A stretch of 35,266 nucleotides of DNA, taken from the IMG/VR virus record IMGVR_UViG_3300009619_000002, positions 1-35,266 of that record; one strand, written 5' to 3'. The position numbers were made by a program, and so were the translations under genes. Every line of letters starts with the position of its first letter. Position 1 is the stretch's first letter. Of the stretch, positions 24,580 through 33,764 are shown piece by piece. The DNA comes from a virus (taxonomy: Duplodnaviria > Caudoviricetes). The notes below the pieces were generated by a model. The model made no database searches. It was not told where the DNA came from and was given only the letters and a program-made list of their open reading frames with translations.

Positions 24580-24690
24580 TCAGGCCAGCTTGGTGCCGAC
24601 CCAGATAAGTCCGCCGACGATCGCGACGATCGCCAGCACGTATTTCAGACATCCGAAGAGAAGCTTATTCTCCATGCCGGGCACCGCCAT
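24580..24690 (-). CDS. 36-aa single-TM peptide (MAVPGMENKLLFGCLKYVLAIVAIVGGLIWVGTKLA)
   Basis: TGATG-coupled to M; clear hydrophobic helix. Confidence 0.55.
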   Translation of the reverse strand: MAVPGMENKLLFGCLKYVLAIVAIVGGLIWVGTKLA

Positions 24691-25472
24691 CAGGCTTCCT
24701 CGACAGAGAGCTTGCGGATAGTGTTCTCGACGCGTTCGATCGATTTCTTGACGCCCGCCTTGTCGTCGAAGGCGAGGGCGCGTTTGTAAGCTTCGAGCGC
24801 GGTCTGGAAGCCGCGCTTGCGACCCCCGGCCTGCGCGAGATCGGCGTCTTCAGCCCCGTCGGTCGCACGCTCGATCGCCATGCCGATGGCCTTGTGCAGT
24901 TTGGCACGGGCCTGATCGGGCATGTCGTGATCGGTGGTGAGATCGGCGATTTCGACCAGCGGGGCATAGTCGGCGATGTGGGCCTTGTCGGTCGACATGG
25001 CCTTGAGCGCCGTTTCGGCGAATTCCTCGGCCACAAGGCAGCCGGGCGTGCGGTCGAAGCGCTGCGGCAGTTCCATGCCGTGGCGGAAGAAAATGCGGAT
25101 GCGCGGCAGGGCACGTTCGTGATCCGCGCAGTCGATCGCCCAGACCATCGTTTCGACCAGCACGTCGTCCTGGTCGATCAGCTGGCCCTTGCCTTCGGCG
25201 GCCTGCGCGGCCTCGAGGACGCCGTCTACCCAGGGATCGTATTTGGGAAGCATCGCGGCCTTTGCCTCGATCTTCGACGCGACCGACTGCATGTTCTTGA
25301 GCACGCCGAGGTCCTCGCCGATCGCGGCGCGCTGCAGTTCGTATTCGTTCGCCCGGGTCGGATCCCCGGAAGCGGCAGGCTGGCCGCTGGTGCCGGGGCG
25401 CGCAGCCGTCTTGGCCGGCGTTGACTTGGCGGCGAGTTTCCGGGCGAAGCTGCGCTGGGCGGGACTGGGCAT
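24690..25472 (-). CDS. M: Terminase small (endonuclease) subunit gpM
   Basis: MPSPAQR, YDPWVDGVL, DMPDQARAKLHKAIG, GVKKSIER motifs. Confidence 0.93.
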   Translation of the reverse strand: MPSPAQRSFARKLAAKSTPAKTAARPGTSGQPAASGDPTRANEYELQRAAIGEDLGVLKNMQSVASKIEAKAAMLPKYDPWVDGVLEAAQAAEGKGQLIDQDDVLVETMVWAIDCADHERALPRIRIFFRHGMELPQRFDRTPGCLVAEEFAETALKAMSTDKAHIADYAPLVEIADLTTDHDMPDQARAKLHKAIGMAIERATDGAEDADLAQAGGRKRGFQTALEAYKRALAFDDKAGVKKSIERVENTIRKLSVEEA

Positions 25473-25545
25473 GGTGGAGATCCTCTGCTTGCCTGGCCGA
25501 ACGGTTTATCCGGCCAGGCTATTCGATGTTCAGCGAGCCGCTGCC

Positions 25546-26565
25546 TCAGGCAGCCGGTGCGGCGGTGATGTTCTCGATCACGCAGCAGTAATCGTGGTCC
25601 TCGATCACATAGGCTTCGTTGTCCGAGCGGTAATCGGTGACGCGGTCGTATTCCGGTTCGTCCTTCACCAGGCGGCGCTGCTTGCCTTCCTGGTCGTAGA
25701 TCGAGAGGTTGTCGAAGCGGGTGATCATGACCGTCCCGGCCGGGAAGAAGGGCACGCGGGTGGCCGGATGGCCGCCGAGGCGCTTGGTGGACATGATGAC
25801 ATCGCGCGCGAGCTGGTTTTCCGGATCGTGCTGCGCGTTGATCAGCGGGAAGTACTTGTCGTGCAGCAGGTCGCGGCTGACGATGGCGACCAGTTCGGTA
25901 TCTTCCACCGCCCAGGGAGCGAGCAGCTGGTTGGTCGCATCGTAGATCAGTGCGTCGAGGTTCTCGTAATCGCCGCCCGGACCATAGGTGACCTGGCCGC
26001 TGGTATCGACGATTTCGTCCATCACGCGTTCGGGCGCTTCGGTGCGCATTTTCTCGAGCCAACCGATGTTGACCGTCTCGCCGAGCGGATCGGCCGCGCG
26101 GTCGACCACGGGAGCGGCGCTCTTGCCGTTCATGCCGATGCGGATCTTGTCGAGCGAGATTGCGCGGACGATGTGATCGCGGATGCGTTCGTGGAAGTCG
26201 GGGTATTTGGCCCACATGTCGAGCTTGCCGTAGCTCAGGAAGGTGTCGAAGTTGGTCTGGAACAGTTCGTAGCCGTGCTTGTCCAGGCCGCTCGGATCCG
26301 TCGGCTCGCGGCGGTTGCCGCCGGCGGTGTCAGTGCGGCTGCCTATGGGGGAGGCGACCGAGAGGCCGAGCTTTTCGCCCTTCATTTCCGGCACGGTGAC
26401 CATGTTGATGCGGCTGAGGAATTCGGACGATTCCTGCTGCTTGTCGATCAGCGACTGCTGTGCGGTCGGCTCGACGTTGAATTTCACGGTCGCGTCGGAC
26501 ACGCCGTTGAGCTGGGCGGTGTTCTCGAGATACTCGTTGAAGAGCTCGCGGGTCTGGTTGCGCAT
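25546..26565 (-). CDS. N: P2-family major capsid protein gpN
   Basis: MRNQTRELF, FNVEPT, QESSEFLSRIN, QTNFDT, LDMWAKYPDF motifs. Confidence 0.97.
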   Translation of the reverse strand: MRNQTRELFNEYLENTAQLNGVSDATVKFNVEPTAQQSLIDKQQESSEFLSRINMVTVPEMKGEKLGLSVASPIGSRTDTAGGNRREPTDPSGLDKHGYELFQTNFDTFLSYGKLDMWAKYPDFHERIRDHIVRAISLDKIRIGMNGKSAAPVVDRAADPLGETVNIGWLEKMRTEAPERVMDEIVDTSGQVTYGPGGDYENLDALIYDATNQLLAPWAVEDTELVAIVSRDLLHDKYFPLINAQHDPENQLARDVIMSTKRLGGHPATRVPFFPAGTVMITRFDNLSIYDQEGKQRRLVKDEPEYDRVTDYRSDNEAYVIEDHDYCCVIENITAAPAA

Positions 26566-26572
26566 TCTATCA

Positions 26573-26598
26573 GTCCTAACGCTTCGCTGCTTGAGGAC
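26573..26598 (-). repeat. Hairpin repeat copy I overlapping the RBS of N
   Basis: GTCCTCAAGCAGCGAAGCGTTAGGAC-TGATAGA-ATG. Confidence 0.9.
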
Positions 26599-26652
26599 GG
26601 CGGGGTCCGGGGACGGCAGCAGGGTGACGGGTGTGGGCGGTTCTGAGGGCGA

Positions 26653-27564
26653 TCAGCAGAAGGTGGAAAGGTCGGTGGTCTTGTTGCCGGTGGCGCGGGT
26701 GCGGCGCGGCGCGCCGGCATCGGTGTTCTCGATCGAGGCCTTGAGCGTGTCGTGTTCGCCCTGGAGCTTGTCGAGACGGGCGCCGAATTCGCTGCCCTGC
26801 TTCTCGATCGCGGCGGTGAGCTTGTCGAAGCCCTTGCCGAAATTGTCTGCGAAGGCGGCGAGATTGTCGTTCGCCGGGTCGCCCGAATTGTCATCGCCGC
26901 CAGCCTGCGAGAGCTGCTGCTGCGAAGCCTGTTCGACAGGCTTCCCGCCCTGGGCGAAGAATTCGCGCATCGAGCTGAAGAAGCCCTTCGCCTCGCCAAT
27001 CAGCGCGCTGGCTTCGGTGCTGTCGCCTTCGGCGAAATCGAAACCGGTGATCTCGTGCGAGGCGGAGAAGAAGTTGCCCTTTTCGATCTTGCGTTCAGCG
27101 AAGAGGCTGGTGCCGCCGTCCTTCACCTTGCCGGCAGCGAATTCCATGATCTCGGTGCCGAGCGAGGCCGGGCTGTCGGTAACCGCGAGGCCCTGGAGAT
27201 AGGCTTTGCCGGTGCCGGCGAAATTGGGATTGAGTTCGATCGAGCTGAAGAGCTTCTGGCCCTTGTTCTTGAGTTCGACCAGCGTGTCGAGCGCGTCGAC
27301 CTGAGCGAAGAGACCGACCTTCTGTTCGGTCTTGCCGCCAAGCTGAAGTTCGACATCGCGGGTTTCGAGCGCGACCACGTCGCCATAGGCGTTGAAGGGC
27401 GGTTCGGCGCTGAAGCCACGGATGTGTTCCATGTTCACCCGCGCGGTATAGGTCGCCGGGGCGTAGGTCTCGGCCATTTCATGCAGTGCGTTCGCATCGA
27501 GCGTGCGACCGTCGCAGGTGGCGCCTTCGACGGCGATGCAGAAGAATTTCGAACGTTTGGCCAT
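26653..27564 (-). CDS. O: Capsid scaffolding protein/protease gpO
   Basis: FFCIAVEGATCDGR, ARVNMEH, GLAVTDSPASLGT motifs. Confidence 0.96.
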   Translation of the reverse strand: MAKRSKFFCIAVEGATCDGRTLDANALHEMAETYAPATYTARVNMEHIRGFSAEPPFNAYGDVVALETRDVELQLGGKTEQKVGLFAQVDALDTLVELKNKGQKLFSSIELNPNFAGTGKAYLQGLAVTDSPASLGTEIMEFAAGKVKDGGTSLFAERKIEKGNFFSASHEITGFDFAEGDSTEASALIGEAKGFFSSMREFFAQGGKPVEQASQQQLSQAGGDDNSGDPANDNLAAFADNFGKGFDKLTAAIEKQGSEFGARLDKLQGEHDTLKASIENTDAGAPRRTRATGNKTTDLSTFC

Positions 27565-27709
27565 GGTTTGCTCCGGCTCCCGTCAAACACAGCGGGCTCC
27601 GGCGAGAGGGGGGACCGGAGCCCGGCCGCGACGGCCCCAGGAAATGAGAGCCGCGCGACTGAGATCGGCGACAAGGGGCACGAGGCGGGCGTTCTTCTCA
27701 AGCTGGCGC

Positions 27710-27735
27710 TGTTGTAGGCGCGAGTTCACACAACA
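27710..27735. promoter_or_regulatory. Late-activator (Ogr) box between divergent O and P
   Basis: TGTTGT-N14-ACAACA. Confidence 0.8.
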
Positions 27736-27762
27736 AGCGGGGCGCGAAGCGAGCGCGCGGGG

Positions 27763-29616
27763 ATGGCAGCGTGCGCCGACACCATGCTGCTCGCCCCCAT
27801 AGAAAGACCGCATTACGCCGATGTCCGCCGCGAGGCGCGCTCGCTTTACTGGCGGGGCTGGGGCCTGCGCGAGATCTGCGACGAGCTGGAGCGCCTTGGC
27901 CTCAAGTGCGAGGAGACGGGCAAACCGATCCCGTACCAGACGATTGCGAGCTGGAAGAAGCGCGAGAAGTGGGAACTGGCCCCGCCGCTGCGCGCGGCCG
28001 AGGAATCGGTGCTGGTTCGATACCAGCAGCTGGTGGCGAAGGAGGACAAGAGCGGGAAGGACTTCAAGGAGATCGACCTGCTTGGCCGCCAGATCGAGCG
28101 GTTCGAACGCTGCCGCAGGTACCGCGACAGCGGGAACGAGGCCGATCTCAATCCCAAGGTCGCCAAACGCAACGCAAAGCCGAAAAAGGCCGCGCGGGCC
28201 AACCAGATCACCGCCGAGCAGGCCGCGCTGCTGAAGGAGAAGTTCGAGGAAGAGAACTTCGGTTTCCAGGACGGGTGGTGGAAGGCGGCGCATCACCGCA
28301 CGCGTTTTATCCTGAAGAGCCGGCAGATCGGCGCGACCTGGTATTTCGCGCGCGAGGCGCTGATCGATGCGCTGGAAACCGGCCGCAACCAGATCTTCCT
28401 GTCGGCAAGCCGCCGCCAGGCTGAGATCTTCCGCAGCTACATCATCGAGTTCGTCTTCAAGTGGACAGGAGTAACGCTGAAGGGCGAGCACCTGCTGATC
28501 GACCGCGGCGACGACGAGGAGGGGCAGCCGCTCGAACGGCCGAAACTGTTCTTCCTTGGCGCGAATTTCCGCACCGCGCAGGGCGAGCATGGCAATTTCT
28601 ATTATGACGAGTGTTTCTGGGCGCAGGACTTCGAACGGATCGACGAAGTCGCCAGCGGCATGGCCAGCCAGAAGCGGTACCGCGAAACCTATTTTTCCAC
28701 GCCCAGCACGACCAGCCACGGGGCCTATCGCAAGTGGAGCTGCGAATGGTGGAACGAGGGCAAGCCGAAGACCGACTGGACGAAGATCGAGGCTTACAAC
28801 CCCGAGCAGCTGGCCGAGGGCGTGCTGTGCGACGACGGGATCTGGCGCCAGCGGGTAACGATCGAGGACGCGGCGGCGGCCGGGTGCGACCTGTTTGACG
28901 TCGAGGAGCTGCGCCAGCGCAAGGCGCCCGAAGTCTTCGCCAACCTCTATCTCTGCGAATTCGTAGACGAAACCGACAGCGCTTTTCCCATGGGCGTGCT
29001 CAACCCATGCCGCATCGACAGCTTTTCGAAATGGCGCGATTACGATCCCTATTCGCTGCGCCCCTATGGCGAAGGCGAAGTGGCGATCGGTTACGATCCG
29101 CAGGAGAGCAGCCAGGGCGACGATGCGGCGCTGGTGGTTGTCGCGCTGCCGAAAACGGTCGGCGGGGTATTTCGCGTGCTGGAAACGAAGCGGCTGCGCG
29201 GCGATTACGAAACGCAGGCGGCCGAGATCTTCGCCGCCATGGATCGCTACAACGTGGTCGACATCGGGATCGACACGACCGGGGCGGGTTCTGGCGTGGT
29301 GCAGCTGGTGCGCAAGCGCTTCGCCGGCGTCCGGTCGATCCAGTATTCGGCGCCGCTGAAAACGCTGATGGTCCTCAAGGCCAAGAACGTGATGCGCAAC
29401 AAGCGCCTGCAGTTCGATGCCGGCAACAAGGATATCAGCGCCAGCTTCCTGTCGATCCGGCCCGAACTGACCGCGAAGGGCAGGCAGGTGACCTATGTCG
29501 CGAGCCGCAGCGGCGAAACCGGCCACGCCGACGTCGCCTGGGCAATCATGCATGTGCTGTTCGACGAGCCGCTCGACGGCGAAGCGAAAAAACAATCCGT
29601 AGTGGAGTTCTGCTGA
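27763..29616 (+). CDS. P: Terminase ATPase subunit gpP (start may be ATG 27784)
   Basis: DFKEIDLLGRQ, LKSRQIGAT Walker A, YYDE Walker B, GHADVAWA. Confidence 0.96.
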   Translation: MAACADTMLLAPIERPHYADVRREARSLYWRGWGLREICDELERLGLKCEETGKPIPYQTIASWKKREKWELAPPLRAAEESVLVRYQQLVAKEDKSGKDFKEIDLLGRQIERFERCRRYRDSGNEADLNPKVAKRNAKPKKAARANQITAEQAALLKEKFEEENFGFQDGWWKAAHHRTRFILKSRQIGATWYFAREALIDALETGRNQIFLSASRRQAEIFRSYIIEFVFKWTGVTLKGEHLLIDRGDDEEGQPLERPKLFFLGANFRTAQGEHGNFYYDECFWAQDFERIDEVASGMASQKRYRETYFSTPSTTSHGAYRKWSCEWWNEGKPKTDWTKIEAYNPEQLAEGVLCDDGIWRQRVTIEDAAAAGCDLFDVEELRQRKAPEVFANLYLCEFVDETDSAFPMGVLNPCRIDSFSKWRDYDPYSLRPYGEGEVAIGYDPQESSQGDDAALVVVALPKTVGGVFRVLETKRLRGDYETQAAEIFAAMDRYNVVDIGIDTTGAGSGVVQLVRKRFAGVRSIQYSAPLKTLMVLKAKNVMRNKRLQFDAGNKDISASFLSIRPELTAKGRQVTYVASRSGETGHADVAWAIMHVLFDEPLDGEAKKQSVVEFC

Positions 29617-29617
29617 A

Positions 29618-30658
29618 ATGGCCGAAAACGCCCTAGCCACCCCTGCCGGCCAGGCGGCCGACGCACTCATCGACCAGGACGGGAAGGGCAGTATGGTCGC
29701 TTTCACCTTCGGCGATCCCGAGCCGGTGCTAGACCGCGTCAGCCTGTTGGGCTTCATCGAAAATGCCTCGAACGGACGGTGGTACACGCCGCCCGTGTCG
29801 ATGGATGGACTGGCGCGTGCCTTCGACCTGCCCGGGCCGCACGCAAGCTGCATCCGGCTCAAGGTCAATTTGCTGGCCAAGCATTTCCAGCCCTCGCGCT
29901 GGCTCGACCGGACGAATTTCCGTAAGTGGGCGCTGGACTTCCTCTCGCTCGGCAATGGGTATCTCGAGCGGCGCGACAATATGGCGGGAAGACCGCTCAA
30001 GCTCGAGCATTCGCTTGGCCGGTTCACCCGCCGCGGGACCGACGATGGACGGTACTTCTTCGTCCAGGGCTGGAAGAGCGAGCATGAGTTCGAAGCAGGC
30101 AGCGTGTTTCACCTGATGCAGGAGCACCCGGCGCAGGAGATTTACGGCGTGCCCGAGTTCTTCGGTGCGCTGCAGGCAGGCCTGCTGGATGAGGCGGCCA
30201 CGCTGTTCCGCCGCAAATACTACAAGAACGGCAGCCACGCGGGCTTCGTATTCGTCAACCGGTCCGAAAAGATGACCGATCTCGACAGCGATGCGATCCG
30301 CAAGGCGCTGAAGGAGGCGAAGGGGCCGGGCAATTTCCGCAACCTTTACGTCCACGCGCCGGGCGACAAGGAAAAGGCGATAGAGATCCTGCCGATCGGC
30401 GAGGTCACCGCGAAAGACGAGTTCTTCAACGTGAAGCGGGTGAGCCGCAACGAAATGCTGGCCGCACACCGCACGCCGCCGCAGCTGGTCGCGATCATTC
30501 CCGAGAACAACGGCGGTTTCGGCGATGTCGAAAAGGCCGAGGGGGTGTTCTTTCGCAACGAGATCGAGCCGCTGATGTCCCGGTTTGAGGAACTGAATGA
30601 CTGGATAGGGCTGCGGGCGGTGCAGTTCTTGCCTTACGAGGGCGCTGGACCGGATTAG
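29618..30658 (+). CDS. Q: PBSX-family portal protein gpQ
   Basis: FTFGDPEPV, QEIYGVPE, FRRKYYKNGSHAG, AAHRTPPQL motifs. Confidence 0.96.
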   Translation: MAENALATPAGQAADALIDQDGKGSMVAFTFGDPEPVLDRVSLLGFIENASNGRWYTPPVSMDGLARAFDLPGPHASCIRLKVNLLAKHFQPSRWLDRTNFRKWALDFLSLGNGYLERRDNMAGRPLKLEHSLGRFTRRGTDDGRYFFVQGWKSEHEFEAGSVFHLMQEHPAQEIYGVPEFFGALQAGLLDEAATLFRRKYYKNGSHAGFVFVNRSEKMTDLDSDAIRKALKEAKGPGNFRNLYVHAPGDKEKAIEILPIGEVTAKDEFFNVKRVSRNEMLAAHRTPPQLVAIIPENNGGFGDVEKAEGVFFRNEIEPLMSRFEELNDWIGLRAVQFLPYEGAGPD

Positions 30659-30706
30659 TCCGCTAGCGTTAGGAACCGGTTAACCACGGCGGGTTAACAT
30701 TTGATC

Positions 30707-32470
30707 ATGAAAAGTGACCGGGCAAGGAGGATACAGCGGGTCGCGGTAATAGCGGCGGGCTATTTCCTGTTAGCATCGGCGGCCATCGCGACGACCCGGT
30801 TCGGGAGCGGTGTTGCCTTCCTGTGGATTGCGAACGCGTGGCTGCTGGCTGAGCTTTCGATCTCTCCACGCCGCGATTGGGCATGGCCAGTGGCGGCGTG
30901 CGGTGTGGCTAGCGTCCTGGCGACCTGGCTATACGGGTTCGGGCTCGACTTTGCCGCCCCGCTGGGGCTGATCAATGTTTCCGAAGCCGTGATCGGCGCG
31001 CTCATCCTGCGCATCCTGAAGCCGGGCGCAACCCGGTTTGGTTCGCTGGACGCGATGTTCGTTTTCATCCTCGCCGCGGGCATCATCGCGCCTGCGGTGA
31101 CGGCATTCGGCGGCGCTATTGTCGCCGAGCTGACCGGAACCCCGTTCTGGGAGAACTGGTTTCGCTGGTATTCGGGACATGCACTGGGCGCATTGACGTT
31201 CACCCCGCTGTTCGCGCAGGTCCTGCGCGGCGACCTGCGGTCCTGGCGGCAAAATGCTTCACGATCGAAACTCATAGAAGCGCTTTTCGCGATCTGCCTG
31301 GTGACGGCGGTAACTGTGCTGGTCTTCGCGCAGGGCGACCTTCCGCTTCTGTTCCTGCCATTTCTACCCATGACGGTAGCAACCTTTCGCCTGGGCCGAT
31401 TTGGAGCGGCCCTGTCGATCACGATCCTGACGATCGTAGGTAGCTGTTTCACCATTCAGGGCACTGGGCCGGTTGCGCTGATGGGCGGCGGACTGGGAGA
31501 ACGGTTGCAATTCCTGCAATTCTACCTTGCGATTACCGTTCTCACCATCATCCCGATTGCGGCCGATCTGGCACGGCGAAAACAGGTTCACGATGCGCTG
31601 CGGGACAGCGAAGCGCGCTATCGCTTGTTAACCGCCAAATCGTCGGACATCGTGCTCAACCTGGACACTGAAGGAAATATCCGGTTTGTTTCCCCTTCGA
31701 TCCGGGCGCTGGGCGGTTACGAACCCGAGGAACTGACCGGAACCAATGCTCTTGAGCTGGTGCATCCCGGCGACAGGGAAGCCGTTCGCCAGACCCATCT
31801 CAACGCCCTGCAAACACCAGAAACGCCGTTCATCGTCGATTACCGTGCGTCGCGCCGCGACGGCGTGGAGACCTGGATGGAAACGCATACCCAAGGGGTG
31901 CTCGACGACGAACGCAACGTCGCGGGGGTGGTCAGCGTTATCCGCGACGTCACGCATCGCAAAGTTCGAGAGAAGACGTTGGCCGTAGAAGCGCAAACAG
32001 ACCCGCTAACTGGCCTGCTCAACCGTCGCGGCTTTGCCCTGGAGATGGAGCGGCACCCGGATACCACAGGCAATTGCCATTTGGCGGTGTTCGACATCGA
32101 TCGCTTTAAACAGGTCAATGATCATTATGGCCATGCTGCCGGCGACGCGGTTCTGCAGAGGTTCGCAGACGTGGCCAGGCAGGTCGTCCGGGAAGGCGAT
32201 CGAATTGGGCGCCTGGGAGGGGAGGAGTTCGCGCTCTTGTTGAACAATTTGACGCTCGAGCAGGCGGTGATGACATGCGAGCGGCTTCGGAAATCAATCG
32301 AAAGCGAGACGTTCGAGTTCGAAGGACAGTCCATCAGTATAACCGTGAGCGGCGGGATCGCCCAAGTGGCCCGGTATAGCGACATTCAGACTACCTTGTC
32401 GGCGGCCGATGAAGCGCTCTTCGAGGCGAAAAAGTCCGGGAGGAATCAGCTCGCGGTGGCCGCACCGTAG
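30707..32470 (+). CDS. MASE1-PAS-GGDEF diguanylate cyclase (phage cargo)
   Basis: Multi-TM N-terminus, PAS (VHPGD), TDPLTGLLNRR, DIDRFKQVNDHYGH, RLGGEEF with REGD I-site. Confidence 0.92.
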   Translation: MKSDRARRIQRVAVIAAGYFLLASAAIATTRFGSGVAFLWIANAWLLAELSISPRRDWAWPVAACGVASVLATWLYGFGLDFAAPLGLINVSEAVIGALILRILKPGATRFGSLDAMFVFILAAGIIAPAVTAFGGAIVAELTGTPFWENWFRWYSGHALGALTFTPLFAQVLRGDLRSWRQNASRSKLIEALFAICLVTAVTVLVFAQGDLPLLFLPFLPMTVATFRLGRFGAALSITILTIVGSCFTIQGTGPVALMGGGLGERLQFLQFYLAITVLTIIPIAADLARRKQVHDALRDSEARYRLLTAKSSDIVLNLDTEGNIRFVSPSIRALGGYEPEELTGTNALELVHPGDREAVRQTHLNALQTPETPFIVDYRASRRDGVETWMETHTQGVLDDERNVAGVVSVIRDVTHRKVREKTLAVEAQTDPLTGLLNRRGFALEMERHPDTTGNCHLAVFDIDRFKQVNDHYGHAAGDAVLQRFADVARQVVREGDRIGRLGGEEFALLLNNLTLEQAVMTCERLRKSIESETFEFEGQSISITVSGGIAQVARYSDIQTTLSAADEALFEAKKSGRNQLAVAAP

Positions 32471-32647
32471 CCTTAGAATTGGAGGCCTATCTCGGCCGAC
32501 CGGCGCTGCACACCCCCGGACCTGGAACATCCCGGTGCATCTCGCGACAGGCTAGCAATGCGATGCGTTCATGACGCGCGACGGTCGCCGTGGCCCTTTC
32601 TGCCGATGACAAACTAGAAGCCAAGGTCCTCAGCTCTCAGCTTCGCG

Positions 32648-32695
32648 CTTGCCCCCACGCCTCGCCTGCGCGCTTTTTGGGTCATTTTTTATGCA
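32648..32695. other. P2-type cos-like site
   Basis: Minus strand GGCGAGGCGTGGGGGCAAG shares its first 9 nt with P2 cos (GGCGAGGCGGGGAAAGCAC); adjacent T-rich tract and ATGCA motifs; near portal. Confidence 0.65.
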
Positions 32696-32980
32696 AAGAT
32701 GGACCGGCCGTTGCGGCCTGCTCATCTCTGAAGCCCGCCCTGCTGAGCGGCGGTTGCTGGATTGTCCGGATATATGCAGCAATCGCCATGCTACGGCTCA
32801 GCTAAGTGCGACGGTTCTCGGGGGCGGTTGGCACCAAACTTGCGCTTGGCCCATCGCCAAGCATGAGGCGGCGTAGCCGCCGACCTCCGACGGTTCGGAT
32901 GGATGGTTTCGTTTCGATTTGTCTGCTTGGGTGCGGGCATTTCCTCCCCAAAACAACGCGTGAGACCGCCTAAAGCGGGC

Positions 32981-33745
32981 TCACTCCTTCTGAATACTTC
33001 GGTTGGGGAGGGGATTCAGGCTAGCTGCTGAACTCGCACTATCCCCAAGAAGCATCTCGAGATGAAGGCGTTGTGAGGCGACGTCGTTTGGGTAGAGCAC
33101 CGCCGCCTGTTCCTCGGGCGATCGGGCTCGAGCAAGGGCATTCCGCTTAGTCGCCCGATCGTAAGCCAGTTTGTCGCGGATCGCACGCGCGCGGCGCTTC
33201 TGGAGGCCCTCGTACCGTGGGAAGTTCCGCGCCGGCGGTGGGCTGAACTTCTTACCCTTGCGCGCGAGTTTCTCCTTTAGCCGCATCAGGCAACGCGCCG
33301 GCATGCGTGCAAAGTCCCAGAAATAGGCATTCGAAACTTGGCGAACAGGCGGCCCTTCATCCGGCGCTAAGCCCGTTTTCGCTGTTCGCCGGATCCAGTT
33401 GAGAAAACCATTCTCCCAAAGGAGCTTGAGCGCTCGAACGACTGTCGCCCGGGCGAAATGCGTTTTCTCCATCAACGTGTCTATCGAAGGTTCGCACGTT
33501 CCGGTCGCGAAGTCGCAGCACCACATAAGCGCTGCCAACACCTTGCGGCAATTCTGGCCCATCCTGTGGCGTTCGCCCTTCTTCTTCGACCAGTCGTCGA
33601 ACTCGTCGAAGGTCTCGAGTAGAGCGTCCTTGAAGAATACGCCGTGCTCGATCGGGCGAAATACCTGCGCGCGCTTATCGTCAATGTCGAAGCTGTCGCG
33701 GCGAACTTTGTGTCGGACGTGGAGATCCAGAGCGTGCGCCGTCAT
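32981..33745 (-). CDS. HTH protein, plasmid/phage replication-initiator-like
   Basis: CEPSIDTLMEKTHFARATVVRALKLL...GFLNWIRR winged HTH and QVSNAYF motif. Confidence 0.65.
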   Translation of the reverse strand: MTAHALDLHVRHKVRRDSFDIDDKRAQVFRPIEHGVFFKDALLETFDEFDDWSKKKGERHRMGQNCRKVLAALMWCCDFATGTCEPSIDTLMEKTHFARATVVRALKLLWENGFLNWIRRTAKTGLAPDEGPPVRQVSNAYFWDFARMPARCLMRLKEKLARKGKKFSPPPARNFPRYEGLQKRRARAIRDKLAYDRATKRNALARARSPEEQAAVLYPNDVASQRLHLEMLLGDSASSAASLNPLPNRSIQKE

Positions 33746-33764
33746 GCCGCACCCCCAGATCTCT

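Noticed and set aside
10752-26598. Hairpin repeats as intrinsic terminators or IS/MITE ends
   Set aside because: No U-tract follows on the transcribed strand, no transposase is present and no target-site duplications were seen
6534-27717. Many long plus-strand ORFs (e.g. 6534, 10386, 11823, 20523, 23319, 25189, 26752)
   Set aside because: Antisense shadows of well-supported minus-strand structural genes
27583-30027. 814-aa minus-strand ORF
   Set aside because: Antisense shadow of the terminase and portal genes, typical of high-GC DNA; no motifs
32790-32940. 49-aa minus-strand ORF after the rep-like gene
   Set aside because: SD spacing is very short and the translation has no motif; more likely non-coding origin/cos-flanking DNA
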